A DNA stretch of 64,000 bases from an uncultured Leptospirales bacterium (GCA_964514165.1 CAZEPS010000001.1:1800-65799), one strand, 5' to 3'. Counted from the stretch's first letter, positions 1 to 10,593 are shown. Numbers and translations: made by a program. The notes: generated from the sequence alone by a model not told the origin.

Positions 1-480
1 CTGGAAAATTTCCGCGAGGACCTGCCCCCCGCTCTCGTCCTGCATGAAAGACTGGAATGTCATCATCATCTGGTCGAAACTCGCCGGATCCATCCCGTAG
101 ACCTTGTCCCCGTCTTTCAGAAACTTCTCGACGTCTGCGGTGGGCGGCACGAAAACATTTATGTATTTTTCGCCTATAAGGCCGGACGTGAATATGGCGA
201 AGGTTGAGGACTTAATCAGGGTATATTCCTTGTTAATCCACACCTTAACCTCGGTCTTTTCCCCGGACTGCTTTATAGCGTCCACGTATCCGATCTTGAT
301 CCCCCCGGCGATTTTAACCGGTGCCCCCACGCGAAGATCATTGAGAAAACCGAAATATATCCTGAGATTATACCCTGACCGTGCAACGTTTATTTGGGCC
401 AGAAGGGCGATTAAAAGGATAAATACCGTAAAACTGACAGTTATCATCAAACCTACCTTCGCTTCTTTATTCAGCTTCAT
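1..480 (-). CDS. MCE/MlaD-family protein (N-terminal part; C-terminus runs off the window edge)
   Basis: My translation of the minus strand gives MKLNKEAKVGLMITVSFTVFILLIALLAQINVARSGYNLRIYFGFLNDLRVGAPVKIAGGIKIGYVD... This is a single N-terminal TM helix followed by an MCE-domain-like segment. A GGAGG Shine-Dalgarno sits 6 nt upstream of the ATG (complement of 478-480). The + strand track ORF 104..520 is its antisense shadow. Confidence 0.6.
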   Translation of the reverse strand, partial: MKLNKEAKVGLMITVSFTVFILLIALLAQINVARSGYNLRIYFGFLNDLRVGAPVKIAGGIKIGYVDAIKQSGEKTEVKVWINKEYTLIKSSTFAIFTSGLIGEKYINVFVPPTADVEKFLKDGDKVYGMDPASFDQMMMTFQSFMQDESGGQVLAEIFQ

Positions 481-583
481 CGGTTACCTCCTGCGATATT
501 ATCGCAATAAACTGGTTTAGCATTATCGATTATAGTGAAGACCACGGTGCACGTAAATAAAAAAACTGACAGGAAGTGACCGG

Positions 584-3502
584 TCAGCCACCTGACGACA
601 CTATAGTTTTTTTAATAACTTCATCCTTAAGAATAATGTAACCGTCAGTTCCTTCAAGCCCGGCATCCACCGTGCCGCAGGGGAACTGGACACTTGAATA
701 ATCAAGCCAGATACCCCTACTGATATCTATGGGGACATATACCAGGAGATGGGAAAACCGTTCATGGGACATGTAATTTTCGTCCCGCTTGAATGAAGAT
801 TTCAGCGCGAATACCGGGTAGGACTTTATCTCAAGCCTTTCGAGAATTGCCCTGGTGAGGATGACCTTGTCTTCCGGGGAGCCCTTCTTTTTATATAACA
901 CATCTTCCGCCGGGGAAGGCCGGTAAAGAATATTATCTTCCAGTTCCAGTCCCCTCGACACGAAATCGTAAACCTTCGCAACAGTTGATGCGGCGCTTTC
1001 GCCCCTGAGTTTTTCAATGTTCCCGGTCATCGGGATATGTATTTTCCCTGATAGAAGGCCCCGGTACCAGGCGGCTATATCCTCAATGGTCCCCATGGTG
1101 CTGAATGAAAACAGGGGGAGCCTTTCGTTTTTGCTGCCCTCATCCCGGCTGGCAACCGAAAGGTTCTCGGCTGATATCGAGTACTCCCTGCTGCCGTTGA
1201 CTGTATGCTCTGTCAGTTTCCATCCTTCCGGCAAGGACAAATCAACCTGTTCCTTCTCACGGCAGATAACCTTTATGTTTAAATGACGAACCTGTTCCCC
1301 GTAATCCAGGACAGGGATAGCGGGAAGTGAAAACATGGCAGACCGGGCCGGATGTTTTACAGGATTTTCGACAACATAGGAAAGATGAAGGAGCGAACCT
1401 GTTTCGAGGCTGTTTACCTGTATGTATTGATTGCCGGCCTCATTTCTGATTCGGTAGCCTGAAACAGCGGATCCGTCACTTTTGATTGTTTTTATAATCA
1501 CCGGTGTTACGTCGCCGCCATAGGGAACCCTCACCTCTTCCCATTTCTTCACGCCCTCCCTGTCATGGACATGGACAATGTCCTCCCCATAGAGCCTGCT
1601 CCTCTTCCCCTCCCAGAGAAAAAAGACCCGGTTCCTGTATATAACAGTTGAATGATGATCTGCGGGTCCGGTTTCCGTGAGGGAACGGTCAGCGGTTACC
1701 GGCCCAGCGATGTGTTCCCTGATCACATTGAATCGGCTGCCCCCTTCAATGTGATCCAGGTAGCCGGTAACCGGGGCCCTCGACGGATCGATGTCCGTCA
1801 TCTTCTTCCAGTACATTGCCGGATCGTTGTTCTGGAGCCGGTCTATGAGGCCGAGATACCAGTAGTTCCGGGGGTTGTCGCTAACGAGGATCTCCCTGAA
1901 GAGAATCTTCTTCGCCTTGTCGTACTCCTTCATTAGAACATAGGTATGAACGAAATGTTCCGTGTAATCTCCCCTGTCCCTGTAAAAGACCAGGAGCCCC
2001 AGGAGCTTATCGTATTCACCCTTCTTCTGGTAAAGGTCAACAAGCCCCATGAGTGTTTCTTCGTGAAATCCCTTCCTGAGTATTTCCGTACAGGTATCGA
2101 TGCATCCGGCGCCGATTTTCTCCCGGCAGTAAGCCTCTTCCTCCACCAGTGGATAGAACGAATCAGGGAAGTTCTTTTTATAGAGATCGAGAATCCCGTG
2201 GAACTCACTGTCATAATTTCTCATCGCCGCAAGGCGGAGCATGTCCCGGTATATCGGAGGATAAAATCGCGCCCCGGACAGGATGGACTTTCCCATGCGG
2301 AAGGCACGGGCGTATTCCTTTTTTTCAACGAGTCCCAGGAAATGCTTGTGTCTCACCGGGACAAAGTCCGGCCGGCTTTCATATAGCGACGACAGAATTT
2401 TCCATCCTTCCAGGTACTTTGCCGAGTCTGTATCCCCTTCGCTGAAACGAATGAGAGCCGAAGCAAGAAGATACTCGCCCATGGGGGAGCGGTTTCTTTC
2501 GAGATAGTTCCGGTAGAAAGAAATTGCGTCTTCACTTCCCCGGTTGACGTGATACCATGCGCGATAGAGATCCCGCCGGCCGGGAGACATGCGGTCTATA
2601 TCATCGTAAAAAAATTCCCTGGCCTTCTCGACGCTCTTCACTACAAGACTATCCCCCCTGGTTACCGAGTACCGTGCCGGGGAGTCATCGAGTCCGGTAA
2701 TCAGCACCCGGAGTTTCCATGTATCGCACCGGATTATTTTAACCATGATAGTCAGTTCCCCGACACCCCGTACCACCAGGGCCCGGGGTTCGGCATGGCT
2801 GGATTTGTCGTTCACAAGGGCTTCTTTTCCATTAATGAACACCTTGTACCTGGATGGGGAGTAAAAGCGGATCTTGACCGGTCCGCCGACTTTCACCGTT
2901 GACCACACGTAGGCTGTCCCCTTTCTGGGGAAGAGGTACCGGTCCAGGTCCAGGGTACCCGTGGCTGAGTCAGCGTACATCCTCCTGATCTTCCTGCCGG
3001 AAATCCCCCCGGCGGCAACCAGTTCAGGGGTAAACTGGTAATTCAAATCACCGGGGCCGTATCTTTCATAGGGCCCGGAACCGTACCACAACCGTACCGG
3101 ATTGAGCTTCCCCGTCAGTTCCCTTCCTTTTTTGGGATCGTGCATGTAGTAAAGTCGTTCCAGGGCGAGGTTAATCTGATACAGGGTCCCGTTTATGACG
3201 GGCAGGCTTTCCTTTGAATTGCGGACATTGTCAATTGCAGCCAGGAGATACTTTGCAGCGGCTTCATACCCGCAGTAATGTGCAAGATGAACCAGTTCCG
3301 GAAGAGAGAGGAGGGACAAAGGATGAGTCGGATATTCCTGGATCAGTTCGCCGGTATATTTCAGTGTATCACGGTAATCTCCCCGGTAGCGGCTCTCCAA
3401 TATTCTCTTTTCGAGAACCGGAATGATGAGGGATTCATTCCTGGCTGTATTCGGGACAGCCAGTGACAGAAGGATTAGTATCGGCGTGATATGCCGCATC
3501 AA
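584..3502 (-). CDS. Large secreted TPR-repeat protein (972 aa), function unknown
   Basis: N-terminal signal peptide (MMRHITPILILLSLAVPNTA) and an N-terminal third rich in helical TPR-like repeats (Y/L/A periodicity). I recognised no catalytic motif. Confidence 0.5.
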   Translation of the reverse strand: MMRHITPILILLSLAVPNTARNESLIIPVLEKRILESRYRGDYRDTLKYTGELIQEYPTHPLSLLSLPELVHLAHYCGYEAAAKYLLAAIDNVRNSKESLPVINGTLYQINLALERLYYMHDPKKGRELTGKLNPVRLWYGSGPYERYGPGDLNYQFTPELVAAGGISGRKIRRMYADSATGTLDLDRYLFPRKGTAYVWSTVKVGGPVKIRFYSPSRYKVFINGKEALVNDKSSHAEPRALVVRGVGELTIMVKIIRCDTWKLRVLITGLDDSPARYSVTRGDSLVVKSVEKAREFFYDDIDRMSPGRRDLYRAWYHVNRGSEDAISFYRNYLERNRSPMGEYLLASALIRFSEGDTDSAKYLEGWKILSSLYESRPDFVPVRHKHFLGLVEKKEYARAFRMGKSILSGARFYPPIYRDMLRLAAMRNYDSEFHGILDLYKKNFPDSFYPLVEEEAYCREKIGAGCIDTCTEILRKGFHEETLMGLVDLYQKKGEYDKLLGLLVFYRDRGDYTEHFVHTYVLMKEYDKAKKILFREILVSDNPRNYWYLGLIDRLQNNDPAMYWKKMTDIDPSRAPVTGYLDHIEGGSRFNVIREHIAGPVTADRSLTETGPADHHSTVIYRNRVFFLWEGKRSRLYGEDIVHVHDREGVKKWEEVRVPYGGDVTPVIIKTIKSDGSAVSGYRIRNEAGNQYIQVNSLETGSLLHLSYVVENPVKHPARSAMFSLPAIPVLDYGEQVRHLNIKVICREKEQVDLSLPEGWKLTEHTVNGSREYSISAENLSVASRDEGSKNERLPLFSFSTMGTIEDIAAWYRGLLSGKIHIPMTGNIEKLRGESAASTVAKVYDFVSRGLELEDNILYRPSPAEDVLYKKKGSPEDKVILTRAILERLEIKSYPVFALKSSFKRDENYMSHERFSHLLVYVPIDISRGIWLDYSSVQFPCGTVDAGLEGTDGYIILKDEVIKKTIVSSGG

Positions 3503-3508
3503 AACAAT

Positions 3509-3844
3509 TTACCTGCCCCGATAGGTGATGATATTCACCTTCTCCATGGTAACGAGCCCGGACGTTACTGTTTCATCCAGAAAATCGATAATGGTTTTGA
3601 TTTTCTCTTCAGTATCGACGATTTCAACTACCAGGGGAAGATCTTCTGACAGGGTCAGAATTTTAGAGGTATGGATTCTCCTGGTAGATCCGCCATAACC
3701 CATGATGCCCCGCAGTACAGTCGCCCCTGCCAGGTTGAGTTCCCGGGCCTTGAGTACTATCTGTTCATACAGGGGTTTCCCGTCGTGTTTGTCGAGTTCA
3801 CTGATGTGTATTCGGAGCAGAACCCCGGTATCAGGCAGTTTCAT
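3509..3844 (-). CDS. DUF190 / COG1993 PII-like small protein
   Basis: 111 aa. The GIMGYGGS...IHTSKIL and EIVDTEEKI pattern is typical of the PII-like DUF190 family that often sits beside crcB. No crcB is present here. Confidence 0.55.
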   Translation of the reverse strand: MKLPDTGVLLRIHISELDKHDGKPLYEQIVLKARELNLAGATVLRGIMGYGGSTRRIHTSKILTLSEDLPLVVEIVDTEEKIKTIIDFLDETVTSGLVTMEKVNIITYRGR

Positions 3845-3907
3845 CTTTCGGTACCGTCATAATAATACTCATTAATTGCGACAAGATGCAACAATTTAAA
3901 AGTCAGC

Positions 3908-4366
3908 TCACTCCAGGACAACGGCTCCCTTCTCGAATATGATATCAAGAATATAGGAATCACCCGAAACACTCGTCGGCGTGTAGGCCGCCAGCTGGCC
4001 CGTAAACTCAAACACCGCCTGTTCCTCCAGGAGTGAAATTGATTTCCTGCTGTCAATAAAAACATAATAGGTGATATTCAGTTCCAGTTTTTTCGCGTCG
4101 ATATCGTCAACTATTATCCTGTACTTCTTCTTGTACCTGTGTGCCGTGTCGATATTCTTCACCGTTCCGCGGCAGATGACAATGCTGTTAAGCCTGCTGC
4201 GGAAAAAGTCATCCCGCATGATAGGTGGAACAACAAGAAGATTCAGGTAAAATTCCTTGTTCAATTCAAGGGGGTTCCCGCTGCCGGGACGCAGGTATAG
4301 CGGGATGATAACCGCAGCAGCGCAAAGGGATATTACAACCGTAGTGATTCTTTTTTTAAACCGCAT
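3908..4366 (-). CDS. Hypothetical membrane-anchored or secreted protein
   Basis: 152 aa with an N-terminal hydrophobic segment. It is 5 nt downstream of the htrA-like gene on the same strand, so probably co-transcribed. Confidence 0.4.
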   Translation of the reverse strand: MRFKKRITTVVISLCAAAVIIPLYLRPGSGNPLELNKEFYLNLLVVPPIMRDDFFRSRLNSIVICRGTVKNIDTAHRYKKKYRIIVDDIDAKKLELNITYYVFIDSRKSISLLEEQAVFEFTGQLAAYTPTSVSGDSYILDIIFEKGAVVLE

Positions 4367-4371
4367 GGTAA

Positions 4372-5661
4372 TTATTTTTTCTCAAATTCAACTGTAATAA
4401 TACGTGAATCCCGTTCAATATCTATGGAAAAAATTCTGCTCCCGGAGTTTTTATAAACCCGGGTAAAATCATCAAGGGTCAGAACCTTTTTCCCGTTCAG
4501 GGTGATCACTGTATCACCCCTCCTGATACCCGCCCCAATGGTTTTCGGTGAAACATAGGTAACAATCAGTTCATTGTTAACGGAATTCTCGTCTATTTCA
4601 AGCCCGTAGGTGCGGAAAAGTTCATCCAGGATATTCTGCATGGTGATATAGTCGCCCTTTTCCCTCAGGATGAATGAATAAAACCGCCGGTTTCCACTCC
4701 GTAGTATGGAAATGGACACCCGGGAACCGATATCCATGATGCCGACGCTGCTTACGAGTTCCCCAAGCCGTTTTATTCTCCTTCCGTTTACCGACGTAAT
4801 GATGTCACCTGTTTGCAGACCGGCAATTTCGGCAGGGGAATTCCTGAGGACGGTAACGACCTCAATTGAGTAAACGTCATTCTTATCAGGGGACTGCCGT
4901 TCCCTGACCAGGAAGCCGAGCCATCCCCTTCGCACCCTGCCGTACTTAATGAGATCAGTGGCAACCTTCCAGACCGTGTTTGATGGTATGGCGAAACTGA
5001 TTCCCTGGTATCCGCCGGACAGCGTCCTGATTGCGGTATTGATCCCTATCAGCTCTCCCTTGAGATTAATAAGGGGTCCCCCTGAGTTTCCCGGATTGAT
5101 CGGTACGTCGGTCTGTATGAAGTTTTCGATGTCAGTGAAGCCGATGTTATCCCTACCCTTGTACGAAACAATCCCGCTGGTGATAGACTGGTTCAGGCCG
5201 TAGGGATTCCCGATGGCGAGGACCCACTCCCCGGGGGAAAGGAGGGCGGAATCACCGAATCTCGCGTTCTTAACCGGCATGGCGTCAGGAATTTTCATTT
5301 TCATGAGTGCGAGATCGGTTTTCTGGTCCGAGAGGAAATAGTTCCCGTTGAGCTTTTCAAGATCGAGTATTCTGCCGTCATGGAGGGCCTGGTAAAAATT
5401 TCCTTTTTTAACGACATGATAATTCGTTATTATATATCCATTCTTCATTATTACCGTGCCTGAACCGTGGGCGACCTTTTTTAGGCGGATTTTCCCGTTA
5501 GTGGTGATCCTTTCATATATCAGGATACTGACCACCGAGGGACGGGCGGTTTTTACCGCATCGACGAAGGCCCGGTTGATATCATCCGGTGTGATTCCCC
5601 CGGCCGTGGAAACAAATGAGAAGAGTAAAATAACAAGAATGGGTTTTCCGAGATGCTTCAT
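4372..5661 (-). CDS. HtrA/DegP-family periplasmic serine endoprotease with PDZ domains
   Basis: Signal peptide. Trypsin-fold catalytic triad context: TNYHVV (His), DLALMKM (Asp), GNSGGPLIN (Ser). Two C-terminal PDZ-like segments follow. Confidence 0.85.
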   Translation of the reverse strand: MKHLGKPILVILLFSFVSTAGGITPDDINRAFVDAVKTARPSVVSILIYERITTNGKIRLKKVAHGSGTVIMKNGYIITNYHVVKKGNFYQALHDGRILDLEKLNGNYFLSDQKTDLALMKMKIPDAMPVKNARFGDSALLSPGEWVLAIGNPYGLNQSITSGIVSYKGRDNIGFTDIENFIQTDVPINPGNSGGPLINLKGELIGINTAIRTLSGGYQGISFAIPSNTVWKVATDLIKYGRVRRGWLGFLVRERQSPDKNDVYSIEVVTVLRNSPAEIAGLQTGDIITSVNGRRIKRLGELVSSVGIMDIGSRVSISILRSGNRRFYSFILREKGDYITMQNILDELFRTYGLEIDENSVNNELIVTYVSPKTIGAGIRRGDTVITLNGKKVLTLDDFTRVYKNSGSRIFSIDIERDSRIITVEFEKK

Positions 5662-7004
5662 TCAACGTTTACCAGATCAAAATAGCTCTTATCACCTGAA
5701 ATGGTATACTTTTCAAGGTCAATCCTTTTTCCCCTGGGGGTGTATTTGAATTTTTCCGATTTTTTTATTTCAAGACCGGCAAGAAGGGAATAGATACCAA
5801 CTGCAATACCCTCAGCAATTTTTTCCTGCCGCTTCGTCAGGAGAAACCTGTCCCGTTTTCGCAGGAAATAGCCGAGTTCTATGAAGGGATTGATAGCGTT
5901 CAGGTGCATCGGCATGATCCAGATATTAACGTAACCCTTTCCCGGGACCTGGCTTTTATGGTCATTACCGGTAAGATGAAGGGAATAGAGTATGTAACGG
6001 ATAATTTCGTATGACGCGTATGCGTTGTCCCCGCCAAACCCTTCGTAACCCCCGTTTCTCCGGTACTCCTCGTACTTAGACATCTCCCTTTTCCAGAACC
6101 TGCCGGAAGGTTGAAAATCAAAATAATTTCGCGAATACCTGGTACCGTGATAGTGATTACGTGCCAGATAAATCCATCCCGGGAAATCCCTGTATTTCCA
6201 TGACACCATGTTGTACCGGTAGCCGCGAAAATTATCCAACTTGATCGCATGATCCCTGTTCAGTGGGTACCCGGTAAAATAGAGGGAGGTATCGCTGAGA
6301 AACCATTCAAACTCGCTGCGGCTCGTTGACTCACAGAACCAGTCATTGTATCCGCTGTTATAAAAGAACCCCCGGGATTTTATCTCACCCCGAAGATATT
6401 TCAATCCGTCGTGAAGCAGGCTGTGAGGCGCGGCCAGGACCGGGTTCATCCCCCGGTATTCCCGGGGAGCGGCCCTTGCGCAGTGGAGCGAGAGAACCAG
6501 GTGCGGCTTCTGTTCATTTATCTTTGAGATCCGTCCTTTTTTCATGAAACCGGCTCTTGAAGGAAAGTCGAACATGCGGTAGTTCGCGTTCGGATCTTTC
6601 ATGTTTTCCGCATCACCTTCCTTCAGGGACTCCTCCCTGCTCATGACGGTGATGATCTGTATCCTGACCGGCATTGTGGAGGTGTATTTTTCAAGGATGG
6701 CTGCAAACCGTGAAAAGTCCCCGCCGGGAGCGCAGTTGAGAAGAATCTGTTCGGCTTTTTTCGCGATTTCATAGACTATGACCCTCTCTTCCAGGTCACG
6801 GTATTTGGCGCCGAACCTGAAAAGATCGAGGTAGTCCCTCGACAGGGAATCATACCGGTCCCCATGGACAGATTTAGGTTTCAATGGCAAACCCCCGTGG
6901 CCGGGATCGAGCACTACCCGGTACGTGGTAAATTCAGATTCCGAAAATGAAACCGGTGAAAAGAACAACAGAAGTATTACAAAAAACGACGTTATACGCT
7001 TCAT
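5658..7004 (-). CDS. N-acetylmuramoyl-L-alanine amidase (Amidase_3)-like secreted protein with a large insertion
   Basis: Signal peptide, then the VVLDPGHGG motif. The C-terminal end (...RQEKIAEGIAVGIYSLL) resembles the last helix of AmiC-type amidases. The Trp/Tyr-rich middle region is unusual. Confidence 0.5.
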   Translation of the reverse strand: MKRITSFFVILLLFFSPVSFSESEFTTYRVVLDPGHGGLPLKPKSVHGDRYDSLSRDYLDLFRFGAKYRDLEERVIVYEIAKKAEQILLNCAPGGDFSRFAAILEKYTSTMPVRIQIITVMSREESLKEGDAENMKDPNANYRMFDFPSRAGFMKKGRISKINEQKPHLVLSLHCARAAPREYRGMNPVLAAPHSLLHDGLKYLRGEIKSRGFFYNSGYNDWFCESTSRSEFEWFLSDTSLYFTGYPLNRDHAIKLDNFRGYRYNMVSWKYRDFPGWIYLARNHYHGTRYSRNYFDFQPSGRFWKREMSKYEEYRRNGGYEGFGGDNAYASYEIIRYILYSLHLTGNDHKSQVPGKGYVNIWIMPMHLNAINPFIELGYFLRKRDRFLLTKRQEKIAEGIAVGIYSLLAGLEIKKSEKFKYTPRGKRIDLEKYTISGDKSYFDLVNVE

Positions 7005-7065
7005 AGGGACACTGAAATCGCGGCTGTATTTCTCTATAATAATTCTTTACTCTACCTGAATTTAT

Positions 7066-7096
7066 AAAAAAAGGGGGAAATAATCCCCCCTTTTTT
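7066..7096. terminator. Bidirectional rho-independent terminator
   Basis: AAAAAAAGGGGGaaataatCCCCCCTTTTTT. This is a GC stem of 5-6 bp and a 7-nt loop, flanked by an A-run on one side and a T-run on the other. It lies just downstream of the stop of the 7119..7916 minus-strand gene. Confidence 0.75.
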
Positions 7097-7118
7097 CTGT
7101 GTTCATGAATGAAATCCG

Positions 7119-7916
7119 CTACTGGGTTTCAGTGGGTTGTCCGCCCTGCTTGCTGGTATCATAGATACGATTCATGTTATCAGCCTTAATGGTCTTATAG
7201 GACTCACTGATTTTCTTTCTCTCTTCTTCATTCTTGGCCAGGTGTTCAAGAATACTGATACCGTATGACTTGGCTACCCTGAGGTGGAAAACAGCACCAG
7301 TGAAATAATGCTCTATTTCAGCACTGGCAGCGTCATCATACTGGCCGTAGGCAATTCTCAGCCTGCTGTGATTTGAATGAAGGGCGTCAAGCTTGTTTGG
7401 ATCGGTCCTGGTAGTGGCGTCGAGATGAAGTTTCAAAACCTCTTCCGCGCATTTTGAGAGCAGATCCTCGGTTTCCTTTCTGTATTCATCGATTATCTTT
7501 TTAAGCAGATCGTTAATCTGCTTTTCGTTTTCCTCGAGCTTCACCCGGGCATAAATAATGTTCCTCTTATAATAGAGGTTCATGGCTTCCTTGTACTTGT
7601 CATAGATGGCCTTATATTCATTTTCCCATCCCTTTCCCGGGAAGTTGGTAACGATGACTTTCAGAAGATAAATCTCATCGAGATTTTTCTTCATAAGTTT
7701 GTTTACAACTTCTATGGCATGGAACTTGGCCAGATAAGAATCATCGGGCCTGTTTGCTTCATCGTAATCAGCACTTCGATATGAACCGTCCGGCATCTTT
7801 ACCGGTTCATTTGTTTTCTTGTCTTCTGCTGTTTCCTGGGCAAACGCGAAAGTGGAAAAAATAAATGTTATCGCTATGAACGTAACAATTCCTCTGGATA
7901 TTTTAGACAATTTCAT
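7119..7916 (-). CDS. Hypothetical secreted protein (Lys/Glu-rich, coiled-coil-like)
   Basis: The track ORF is 7119..7976. The internal ATG at 7916 is preceded by AAGGAG and followed by a signal peptide (MKLSKISRGIVTFIAITFIFSTFAFAQE), so I prefer it as the start. Confidence 0.5.
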   Translation of the reverse strand: MKLSKISRGIVTFIAITFIFSTFAFAQETAEDKKTNEPVKMPDGSYRSADYDEANRPDDSYLAKFHAIEVVNKLMKKNLDEIYLLKVIVTNFPGKGWENEYKAIYDKYKEAMNLYYKRNIIYARVKLEENEKQINDLLKKIIDEYRKETEDLLSKCAEEVLKLHLDATTRTDPNKLDALHSNHSRLRIAYGQYDDAASAEIEHYFTGAVFHLRVAKSYGISILEHLAKNEEERKKISESYKTIKADNMNRIYDTSKQGGQPTETQ

Positions 7917-8183
7917 ATCTGATCTCCTTACTGTTTTTAAGTGATGCAAGACGAATGAGACATCCCTGTCTTCCAAAAATATCTTATTGATAGTATAAAT
8001 TATAATTTTAATTAAGGCAACAATTTTTTTATCTTTTCATATACAACCAGCATAAATAATTCAGAATTTTCAATCTCGACAAGAGTGGTTTGTTACCCTG
8101 ATCTTCACTCTGTCATCGGCCTGCAGGTGACATATTACAGAAGTTATGCTTTTTTCAGTATATTCAACATACTGGGAACGGGA

Positions 8184-9524
8184 CTACAGTTTAATGATGA
8201 TGAATCTCATATCCATCACGTTCGTATTCGTCGGACCGGTCACAACCAGGTCGCCGAGCTCCTTGAAAAAATTGTACGAGTCATTATTTTTTCTGTACGT
8301 TTCAATATCCACTCCCTTTTCACCAGCCCGTTCAACGGTTTGCCAGTCGGCAACAGCTCCGGCAGCGTCAGTCGGCCCGTCAGTGCCGTCGGTGCCGACG
8401 CTTGCCATGGTTACCCCTGCCGTCCCGGTGATATGCCGGGCGGACTGCAGTGCAAATTCCATGTTCCGTCCGCCGAGCCCGGTGCCGGTAACCCTGACCG
8501 TTGTTTCCCCGCCGCTAATCACGCATGCCGGGGCGGGTGTCGGGTTCGACGACATGAGTATTTCCCGCGCTATCCTGGAATGCCAGTCCGCGACGTCAGC
8601 CGTGTCCCCCTCAATCAGGGACGAGAGTATGATAGTGTTGTAACCCCTCTTTTCAGCCTCCGCTTTCGCAGCCGTAAGGGCGATAATGTTTGACGCGACA
8701 ATAAGATTAGTGACTTTTTCGAACAAAGGATCGTCCGCCCGGGGGTTCTCTCCTGTTGCCCCGTCAACCCCTGACCGGATGCGATCCAATACGTTACGCG
8801 GGACCTTGTCGGAAAGCCCGTACCTCTCGAGAATGTCCATTGCTGAATGAAAGGTTGAATCATCCGGGACAAAGGGGCCCGAGGCTATGACGTCCTTGTT
8901 GTCACCGACAACGTCGGATATCATCAGATTTATCACCGTGGCGGGACTGGCGGCCCTGGCCATGTTCCCTCCCTTGACCAGGGAGAGGTGTTTCCTGATG
9001 CTGTTAATCTCATGGATCGATGCCCCGCTCTTGAGAAGCAAATCCGTTGTTTTCCTCTTTTCATCCAGGGTAATCGGTTCCGGGGGCAGGGGCAGCAGGG
9101 CTGATCCCCCTCCGGAAATGAGGGATATGACCAGGTCGTCTTTCCCGGCCTTCTCCAGTATTGATAGAATACATGACGCCCCTTTCACCCCGTTTTCGTC
9201 AGGGATGGGATGTGAGGCTTCGCAAATCGAAATGGTTTTCAGGTCAACGGTATAGCCGTACTTGACGGAAATGCACCCATCGCTGATTCTCTTCCCCAGG
9301 AGTTCTTCGACAGCCTTCGCCATGGGCGCGGTGGCCTTGCCGCCACCGACGACATATATATTTTTAAAATCATCAAGGTTAAAGGTTTTGAGTTCCACGC
9401 CGCTTCTCATCAGGGTCAGCCTGTCGCCGCTGAGAACCAGATGGTTCTTAACGGCAGTCTCCGGGTTGACCGCCTCTATTCCCCTGAGATAGATCTCTTT
9501 TAAATCATCTCTTACCGAGCTCAT
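8184..9524 (-). CDS. Glycerate 2-kinase (MOFRL family, GckA/TtuD-like)
   Basis: 446 aa. YVVGGGKATAPMAKAVEELLGKRISDGCISVKYGYT matches the N-terminal DUF4147 region of MOFRL glycerate kinases. The C-terminal ...TGPTNTNVMD... is MOFRL-like. Confidence 0.75.
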   Translation of the reverse strand: MSSVRDDLKEIYLRGIEAVNPETAVKNHLVLSGDRLTLMRSGVELKTFNLDDFKNIYVVGGGKATAPMAKAVEELLGKRISDGCISVKYGYTVDLKTISICEASHPIPDENGVKGASCILSILEKAGKDDLVISLISGGGSALLPLPPEPITLDEKRKTTDLLLKSGASIHEINSIRKHLSLVKGGNMARAASPATVINLMISDVVGDNKDVIASGPFVPDDSTFHSAMDILERYGLSDKVPRNVLDRIRSGVDGATGENPRADDPLFEKVTNLIVASNIIALTAAKAEAEKRGYNTIILSSLIEGDTADVADWHSRIAREILMSSNPTPAPACVISGGETTVRVTGTGLGGRNMEFALQSARHITGTAGVTMASVGTDGTDGPTDAAGAVADWQTVERAGEKGVDIETYRKNNDSYNFFKELGDLVVTGPTNTNVMDMRFIIIKL

Positions 9525-9525
9525 T

Positions 9526-10593
9526 TTATCCCCCCTTCCGGATTATATCGACAATACTCCTCACGTCCTGGGAGGAGTCCTTGTCGATAACAAGGATCTC
9601 GTTTCCCGCTTCCACGACAACGATGTTTGAAAGACCCACGACAGAGATCCGCCTCTCCTCCGAAAATGTCGAACAGTCGCGAGAATTATAAAAGATGGCT
9701 TTTCCCGGTTCCGGGGCCCGATTCCCGTTTTCATCAGGATCGAGGATGTCGTCTATGGCTTTCCAGCTCCCGAGATCGGCCCATCCGAAATCAGCGGGAA
9801 CAACAACGCGGTTCTTCGCCTTTTCAAGAATCCCGTAATCGACAGATACGGACGCTATTTCGTCGAAGATTCTCTTTTTTATTTCCCAGGCATCAGTATC
9901 ATCACATGAAATACTTTTCGGGGAAAGTTCCCTGAGCGGCCTGAAAGAGTCCCACATCTCTGGCATATGCTCTTCAAATGCCCCGAGTATGGTTTTTGTC
10001 TTCCAGATGAAAATACCGCTGTTCCAGAAATAATTTCCCGCTTTGACGTATTCCCGGGCAGTGCCGGCGTCAGGCTTCTCAACAAAGGCTGACACGGCCC
10101 GAACCTCACCCGAGGTTTCTTCCGACCTGATATACCCGTAACCTGTCTCAGGATAGTCAGGGGTAATCCCGATAGTGACAAGACTGTCACTGTCTGCTTC
10201 ATCTACAGCTGTTTTTATGACCCTGGCAAAAACGTCTTTGGCCCGGATATAGTGATCCGCCGGACAGACTATCATCGCAGATTCAGGGTATGACTTTTCA
10301 AGGAAAAGCGCGGCGTAAAGAATGGCAGCCGCGGTGTTTCTCGGCCTCGGCTCACAGAGGACCGTTCCTTCAAGGCCGCATTTTTTGAGTTCCTCCCGGG
10401 ATATGTCCCGGTATTGGTCTGAGGTCACGATTACGATATTCTCCGGCTGAAGGGGGGACAGGCGGTTTATGGTCTCTTCCATCAGTGTTCCGTTCCCGGA
10501 AAGGTTATGAAACTGCTTCGGTTTTCCTTCACGGCTCAACGGCCACAGGCGGGTTCCCGCTCCACCGGCCATGATAACCGGGATTATTCCCAT
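9526..10593 (-). CDS. manC: Mannose-1-phosphate guanylyltransferase (GDP-mannose pyrophosphorylase)
   Basis: N-terminal IPVIMAGGAGTRLWPLSR nucleotidyltransferase motif. Size (355 aa) and overall pattern fit ManC/CpsB. Confidence 0.8.
   Translation of the reverse strand: MGIIPVIMAGGAGTRLWPLSREGKPKQFHNLSGNGTLMEETINRLSPLQPENIVIVTSDQYRDISREELKKCGLEGTVLCEPRPRNTAAAILYAALFLEKSYPESAMIVCPADHYIRAKDVFARVIKTAVDEADSDSLVTIGITPDYPETGYGYIRSEETSGEVRAVSAFVEKPDAGTAREYVKAGNYFWNSGIFIWKTKTILGAFEEHMPEMWDSFRPLRELSPKSISCDDTDAWEIKKRIFDEIASVSVDYGILEKAKNRVVVPADFGWADLGSWKAIDDILDPDENGNRAPEPGKAIFYNSRDCSTFSEERRISVVGLSNIVVVEAGNEILVIDKDSSQDVRSIVDIIRKGG

Noticed and set aside
104-520. 138-aa + strand ORF at the window start
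   Set aside because: It is antisense to a much better MlaD/MCE-like coding frame on the minus strand, which has a GGAGG RBS, an N-terminal TM helix and MCE-like sequence. The + ORF has no protein-like features.
1017-2902. Multiple 60-150-aa ORFs on the + strand inside 584..3502
   Set aside because: All are embedded antisense or out of frame within the 972-aa minus-strand gene. They have no RBS and show low-complexity translations.
8085-8693. Two overlapping + strand ORFs (202 and 165 aa) in different frames
   Set aside because: Both are shadow ORFs antisense to the well-supported glycerate kinase gene. Their Pro/Ser/Arg-rich translations are typical of GC-rich antisense frames.
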